Origin: the human T2T-CHM13v2.0 reference genome, Homo sapiens | Assembly (NCBI RefSeq): GCF_009914755.1 | Contig: NC_060927.1 | Length of the DNA stretch: 64,000 bases | Direction: 5' to 3' (one strand) | Part shown: piece after piece, positions 57,327-64,000 of the stretch | Layout of the letters: the number at the start of each line of letters is the position of its first letter | How positions within the stretch are numbered: position 1 is the stretch's first letter | Notes under the pieces: generated by a model | Told to the model about the DNA's origin: nothing | Database searches by the model: none | What the model saw: the letters and a program-made list of their open reading frames with translations, nothing else | Position numbers and translations under genes: made by a program

Positions 57327-60300
57327 CAAAGTCTTGGAACCAAGCCAAATGTCCAACAATGATAGACTGGATTAAGAAAATGTGGCACATATACACCATG
57401 GAATACTATGCAGCCATAAAAAATGATGAGTTCATGCCCTTTGTAGGCACATGGATGAAACTGGAAACCATCATTCTCAGCAAACTATCGCAAGGACAAA
57501 AAACCAAACACTGCATGTTCTCACTCATAGGTGGAATTGAACAATGAGAACACATGGACACAGGAAGGGGAACATCACACACCAGGGACTGTTGTGGAGT
57601 GGGGGTAGGGGGGAGGGATAGCATTAGGAGATATACCTAATGCTAAATGACAAGTTAATGGATGCGGCACACTAACACGGCATATGTATACATATGTAAC
57701 AAACCTTCACGTTGTGCACATGTACCCTAAAAGTATCATAATAATAAAATTAAAAAAAACAAGTAATTGATACCCCAAAAAAACCATACTAAGGATTAAT
57801 GAAACAAAACATTGGTTTTCTTAAAGTTTAAACAAGAATGATAGATTGTTAGCTGGATTAACAAAGAAAAAAGAGAGAAATAATATCCAAATAAACACAA
57901 TAAAAAATGACAAAGGTGACATTATAACTGATCCCACAGAAGTACAAAAGATCCTCACAGACTACTACAAACACCTCTATTCACACAAATTGATAATTCC
58001 TGGAAACACATAACCTTCCAAGATTGAATCAGGAAGAAATTGAAACCCTGAACTGACCAAAAATGAGTTTCAACATTGAATCGGTCATTTAAAAAACTAC
58101 CAACCAAAAAAGCCCCTGACCAGATGAATTCACAGCTGAATTCTACCAGACATACAAACAAGAGTTGGTACCAACCCTTCTAAGACTATTTCAAAACATT
58201 GAGGAGAAGGGATTCCTTCCTAACTCATTCTACAAAACAAGTATTATCCTGATACCAAAATCAGGGAGAGATACAATGAAAAAAAGAAAACTATGGGTCA
58301 ATGTCCCTGATTAATGCAGATACAAAAACTTGAACAAAATACTATCACATTGAATCCACCAGCACATCAAAAAGTTAACTCACCATGATCATGTAGGCTT
58401 CATTCCTGGGGTAAAAGTTTGGTTCAATATACACAAATCAATGAATGTGATTCACCACATAAACAAGATTTAAACAAAAACCATATTGTTATCTGAATAG
58501 ATGAAGAAAAAGCTTTTGATAAAACTCAACTCGCCTTCATGACAAAAACCCTCAACAAACTGGTCAGTGAAGAAACATATCTCAAAATAGTAAGATCTGT
58601 CTATGACAACTCCACAGCCAACATCATACTGAATGAGCACAAGCTGAAAGCATTCCCTTTAAGTACTACAGCAAGACAAGGATGCCCACTCCCACCATTC
58701 CTATCTAGTACTATTCACATAGTACCAGAAGTCCTAGCAGAGCAGTCAGACAAGAGAAAGAAAAGGCATACAAATAGAAAAAAAAGTAAGTCAATGTATC
58801 TCTTTTCAGCAATGATACGATTCTATACCTAAAAGACCCTAAAGACTTTGCCAAAAGGCTCCTAAACCTGATAAATGACTTCAGTAAAGTTTCAGGATAC
58901 AAAATCAACATATATAAATCAGTAGTATTTCTATACACCAATAACTTTCAAGCTGAGAGCCAAATCAAGAATGTAATCACACTACAATAGCCAAAGAAAA
59001 TAAAATAAAATACCTAGGAATACATCTAATCAATGAGGTGAAAGATCTCTACCAGGAGAACTACAAAACACTGCCTAAAGAAATCACAGATGACACAAAC
59101 AAATGGAAAAATATTCTGTGCTTATGGGTGGGAAGAACCAACATCATTAAAATATCTATACTACCCAAAGCAATCTCCAAATTAAATACTATTCTATCTT
59201 ATTAGCAACATCACCTTTCATGGAATAAGAAAAACCTACTCTAAAATTAATATGGAAACAAAAAAGAACCTGAATAGCCACAGCAACCACAAACAAGAAG
59301 AATAAAGCCAGAGGTATCACATTACGAGAATTCAAAGTATACTACAAGGCTACAGTAACCAAAACAGCATGATATTGCTACAAAAATAGACACATAGACC
59401 AGTGGAACATAATACAGAAACCAGAAATAAAACAGCACACATACCTGCAACCAACTGACCTTCAACAAAGTTAACAAAAATAAGAAATAGGGAATGGACT
59501 CACTATTCAATAAGTGATGCTGGAAAACTGGCTAACCATATGCAGAAGAATGAGACTGGATCTCACTTATTACCATATACAAAAAAATTAACTCAAGATG
59601 GATTAAAGACTTACATGTAAGACCTCCAGCTATTAAAAAAAAATCTAGAAGAACACCCAGGAAATACCTTTCTGGATATTGGTCTTTGCAGAGAGTTCAT
59701 GAGCAAGTGCTCAAAAGCAATCACAAAAAAAAATGAAAATTAATAAGTAGGACCTAATTAAACAAAAGAGCTCCTGCACAGCAAAAGAAACTGTCAACCA
59801 AATAAACAGACAACCTACAGAATGGGAGAAAATATTCTCAAACTATACATCTGACAAAGGTCTAATACTCAGAATCTGTAAGTAACTAAAATAAATCAAT
59901 AAGCAAAAAAATAAATAACCTCATTAAAAAGTGGGCAAAGGACATGAATGGAAACTTCTCAAAAGAAGACACGCAAGTTGTTAACAAACATGAGAAAATG
60001 TTTGACATCACTAATATCAGAGAAATGCAAATAAAACCACAGTGAGATACCATCTCACACCAGTCGGAATGGCAACTATTAGAAAGTCAAAAAATAACAG
60101 ATGTTGGTGACATTGTAGAGGAAAGAGAATCCTTATATACTGTTGGTGGGAATGCAAATTAGCTCAGTCCCTGTAGAAAGAAGTTTGGAGAGTTCTCAAA
60201 CAACTGAAAATAGAACTATCATCTGATCCAGTCATCTCATTACTGGGTATGTACCCAAAGGAAAATAAATCATTCTACCAAAACGACACATACACTTGTA

Positions 60301-60764
60301 TGTTCATCGCAGGACGATTTACAGCAGCAAAGACATGGAGTCAACCTAGGTGCCCATTAACAGTGGATTGGATAAAGAAAATGTGGTGCATGTACACCAT
60401 GGACTACTACACAGCCATAAAAAAGAATGAAATCATGTCCTTTGCAGCAACATGAATGCAAATGGAGGCCATTATCCTAAGCAAATTAACACAGAAACTG
60501 AAAACCAAATATTGCATGTTCTCACTTATAAGTGGGAGTTAAATCTTAACATAAAGACAGTAATAATAGATGCTAGGGACTCCAAAAGGAGGGATGGAGG
60601 GAGAGGGCAAGGGCTTAAAAACTTCCTATCAGGTACTGTGTTCACTATCTGAGTGACAGGATCAATAGAAACCCAAACCTCAACATCATGCAATATACCC
60701 TTGTAACAAACCTGCATATGTGCCCACTGAGTCTATAATAAAAATGGAAATTAAAAAAAAAAGA

Positions 60765-61265
60765 GAATATAAATTAAAAGCTACCTTTTCCAGAACCTCT
60801 TGAGGTTGGGCTTTCCAAATATTGTTAAAGTTTCATTGATAAGATGCATCCATTTTATCTGAATTCATGAATGTCTTTAGTAGAGAGGGACAAGGGAATG
60901 CAAGGTATTTTATTTTACTGGTATAGATCTAATAGGCATAGCTTCACTCCGACCTGGTAGTAGCCATTTTCCCCCTGGATTTCAGCTAAGACAGTATATA
61001 ACTACAGCAGTCTGGCAACAGCTTCCTGAGGCCCAGATTACAATGAGGACTACATGATGGTGGCCACACCATGCACCTCTTGCGTATAGCAAAATACAGC
61101 CAGCCTCCTGTGGCTGTCCACCTCTGTATTGTTTGCTGGGAATCAATCCTGAAGACTTAGTCTTCTGATCAACAATGATTTTGTAAACATCAAATTTCCT
61201 GTTAAATCACTTCCTCTGTAAAATGCTAACATAGTTTCTGTTATCTTCAACAGAAAATTAATATA
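60765..61265 (+). mobile_element. ERVL-type LTR fragment (LTR33-group-like) lacking its 5' end
   Basis: aaaagctaccttttccagaacctcttg...taagatgca...ttaaatcacttcctc...tagtttctgttatc. Confidence 0.45.
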
Positions 61266-61742
61266 AGGGGCCATGGCAGAAGCTGTAAATAAGTGACTAG
61301 GACCTCATGGCTACATATTAAATACTTAAGAATGTTTTTTCACTTTTATAAAATAATATGGTCCCTACTACTTTTTTGAAATCAAGTGTATTCTTGACCT
61401 GTCTTTTGTTTCTCCTCTTTAATAGACATATTTTAGAACTATTTCTCAACTATGGAGATAAGAAATACCATGCAAGCCTGGTACTAAATGACATCTGACA
61501 ACTGGCCTCATTTTGGGTCATGTGCGGGGCATGGCATGTGTTGTGGAAACTCATAATGGGACTCTGAGATACTTCGACACTAGAGGATCAAGACAGCAGA
61601 AGAGGAAAAAGGCAAGCTGACCAGAAAGCCATGTCCCAGACTATATCACACCCAGCATACCCACCCTCCCAGTGCTGGTGTGCTTTCTTGTGCACAGTAG
61701 GCCCCTTTCATCTCATAAGTAAGTGTGGAATTCCATTGCATG

Positions 61743-62100
61743 CAGGATTCGTGAACTGATGCCCTGCAGGCTGACTAGACCCCTCAAAATCATTTGGTTT
61801 AGCCAAAATCATGTTTAAGAAACTTAAGCCCACATTGCAGAATGAAAGTATGTTTGAAAATATGGCTTTCAAGTTTTGCTTGAAAAATCTGGTCTGACAG
61901 CACTGGGAATACCTTCCCACATGGCAATGAGTAGCTGGAGCTAATCCACAGAGTTCCCACATGGCAATGAGTAGCTGGAGCTGAATCCATAGGAGTTCTC
62001 CTATGAGACTCATGTCATCTTTATCATACGCATCACACTGAGGTGTGATTATCTCTTGCTCACTGTTTTCCCCTGTAGAATGTGGAGAGAGCCTATTTCT
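61743..62100 (+). mobile_element. MER102-like hAT-Charlie fragment
   Basis: cttgaaaaatc...cactggg...ttcccacatggcaa...gctggagctga...gagagagcctatttctt. Confidence 0.65.
61914..61995. repeat. 40-bp tandem duplication (2 copies)
   Basis: ttcccacatggcaatgagtagctggagct identical at 61914 and 61954. Confidence 0.95.
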
Positions 62101-62209
62101 TTTAAACCTGTACCCCTACCACCAAATTTTATGTAGTATATACCCTGTTAAAGTGTTAATGTTTATCAAGTGAATGAATAAATGTAGGTAGACAAGCTAT
62201 TCACTAACA

Positions 62210-62720
62210 ATTACATTAAAATAACATTTATTGAATTCCTACTCTGTACCAGTTACTGAGCTAGGAGCTTGTCATGCACCCTCTCATTCATGTAGCAAAC
62301 ACAACAGCAATGGTACAAAGTAGTCAAGAGAATCAAAGGAAAGAAAGTTGACACTGATGAGACTCCTTCATAAATAATGTGAGATTTCATCTGATGTTTG
62401 AAGGAAAAGTAACATTTTAATAGATGAGGTGAGCATGGAGCAGTGCACTGTTCTAAAGAGAAGAATATGACCCTGCTACAAGGCATGCCTGAAGAAGAAC
62501 AGACCCAATTCTATAACAAAGAGTCTAAAGGAAATAAAACTGGAGAGGAATGTTAAGGACTTAATGTTGAAACAAAGTAAATGCCCAGCTCAAAAGTTCA
62601 AATCTGATCCTCTAGACTCTGGGTGTCATTTAAGCAGATTATAATGAAAGTTAGGGTAGAAAGATTTAGCTTATCATAACCTATAGAAAGATTTTAGATT
62701 GAAAACTTGTGACTTGTAGA
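62210..62720 (-). mobile_element. L2 fragment
   Basis: acatttattgaattcctactctgtaccag...tttgaaggaaaagtaa; degenerate. Confidence 0.55.
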
Positions 62721-62829
62721 AGCAGTTAGTTTTCACAAGTGCATATATATGTTAAAATTCATCAAGTTGTACACTTTAAATATGTGCAGTTTATTGTACC
62801 TCAATTATATTTCAATAAATATGAACAGG

Positions 62830-63320
62830 AAGCAGGTAGACTAATAGGACACATATAGGTTTGTATTAAAGGAGATTTATTATAGAAATTGGCTCATGAG
62901 ATTATGGAGGCCAAGATGTCTCACGATCTGCCATCTGCAAGCCAGATGACCAAAAAAACCTGGATGGTATAATTCAATCAAAGTCCAAAGGCCTGAGAAT
63001 TAGGAGGCCAAGAGTGTAAGTTTTGGTCTGGGTCCAAGAAACCAAGAGCACCAGTGTCCAAGGGTAAGAGAAGATGGATATCTTAGCTTAAGCAGAGAGA
63101 GCAAATTCACCTTTTTTCTACCTTTTTCCTCTATTCTGACCCTCAATGTATTGGATGATACCCACTGACATTGGGGAGGGCCATCTGCTTTACTCAGTTC
63201 TCCAGTTCAAATGCTAATCTCTTCCAGAAACCCTCTCACAACCACACGCAGAGATAATGTTGTACCAGTTATCTGGGCATTCCTTAGCCCAGTCAAGTGG
63301 ACATATAAAATGAACCACAA
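62830..63320 (-). mobile_element. MLT2B-like ERVL LTR
   Basis: aattggctcatgagattatggaggc...gatctgccatctgcaagc...aaatgctaatctcttccagaaac...cagtcaagtggacatataaaa. Confidence 0.88.
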
Positions 63321-63349
63321 CAGGTAGCAATGTTGAGGTGGCAGAAATG

Positions 63350-63535
63350 AGCTAAAATTTGTTTAAAACCTACTGAGGGCAAGGCATGGTGTTAGGTGCT
63401 TTACTCAAATTATCTTAACTAGTCAGCATAGCAACCCTGAAAATGATACATTAGCATAGAAACTAATGTTCAAATACCAGCTCCAAATGTCATTTGGTTA
63501 GTAAGAGAGTGGTTAGATTTGAACACAAATCTATC
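63350..63535 (-). mobile_element. MIR
   Basis: aggtgctttactcaaattatct...agcaaccctg...gatttgaacaca. Confidence 0.55.
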
Positions 63536-63537
63536 TC

Positions 63538-63575
63538 GGAAGGAAGGAAGGGAGGGAAGGAGGGAGGGAGGGAGG
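63538..63575. repeat. (GGAA/GGGA)n polypurine tract
   Basis: ggaaggaaggaagggagggaaggagggagggagggagg. Confidence 0.9.
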
Positions 63576-64000
63576 CCATCAATTTCACAATGGAAGCTCA
63601 TACATTAAAGCATACATTAGGCTAATTAGGAAGGAATTTAACCAATGGAAACTCATTTCTAGTAGTTATATGTAGTTAACAATGCCCCTGATATTAATCA
63701 GAATTAAAGACAGCTAAACTCCTAAGTGTGGATTTTTCTGATAAAAATGCCATTGCCCGTCCTAGAGTAGGATTCCTCTTTAGAAAACTGACAATACTGA
63801 CAATGTAACTAAAATGCATGCATAATATCTCACTATCCATCTTAAGTATTTCAATACAATAAAAAGTGTTCAGTACAAATTTTGGCTTATTTAAAAATTA
63901 TCATAATGGAAATGTGAAAAACATTGAGTAACCCTGAGTATCAACAGACCGTCATTGAATTGTAGCAGTTAATTTAAGCAGAAAGTCATCTTCATTACAT

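Noticed and set aside
61914-61995. CRISPR-like repeat-spacer pattern
   Set aside because: Only two units, the 'spacers' are homologous to each other, the context is eukaryotic and there are no cas genes

Overview
Primate, probably hominoid, non-coding DNA: AluY, an L1PA3-type element and many MIR/L2/MER/LTR fossils. It is intronic or intergenic, and I can support no host protein-coding gene, RNA gene or CRISPR array. All long ORFs derive from LINE-1. The main structures are: (i) a full-length L1PA3-like element (37596-43779) inserted, with a perfect 14-bp target-site duplication (TSD), in the same orientation inside a full-length L1PA7-like element (31746-44454); (ii) a stack of L1s at 52-61 kb containing a 5'-inverted (twin-primed) L1PA4-like element inside an L1PA15/16-like host; (iii) a twin-primed L1PB4-like element inside a MER5A. 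Four observations stand out. The L1PA3 and L1PA4 copies share at least 8 non-consensus substitutions, interleaved with subfamily-type differences, which suggests patchy gene conversion. The inverted L1PA4 arm ends at the L1 coordinate homologous to its own insertion site. Three separate open frames tile most of ORF2p (EN / RT / C-terminal). A ~190-bp L1 fragment looks locally copied from a neighbour. Subfamily names come from remembered consensus sequences, and boundaries of old repeats are approximate. I found no convincing new biological system.
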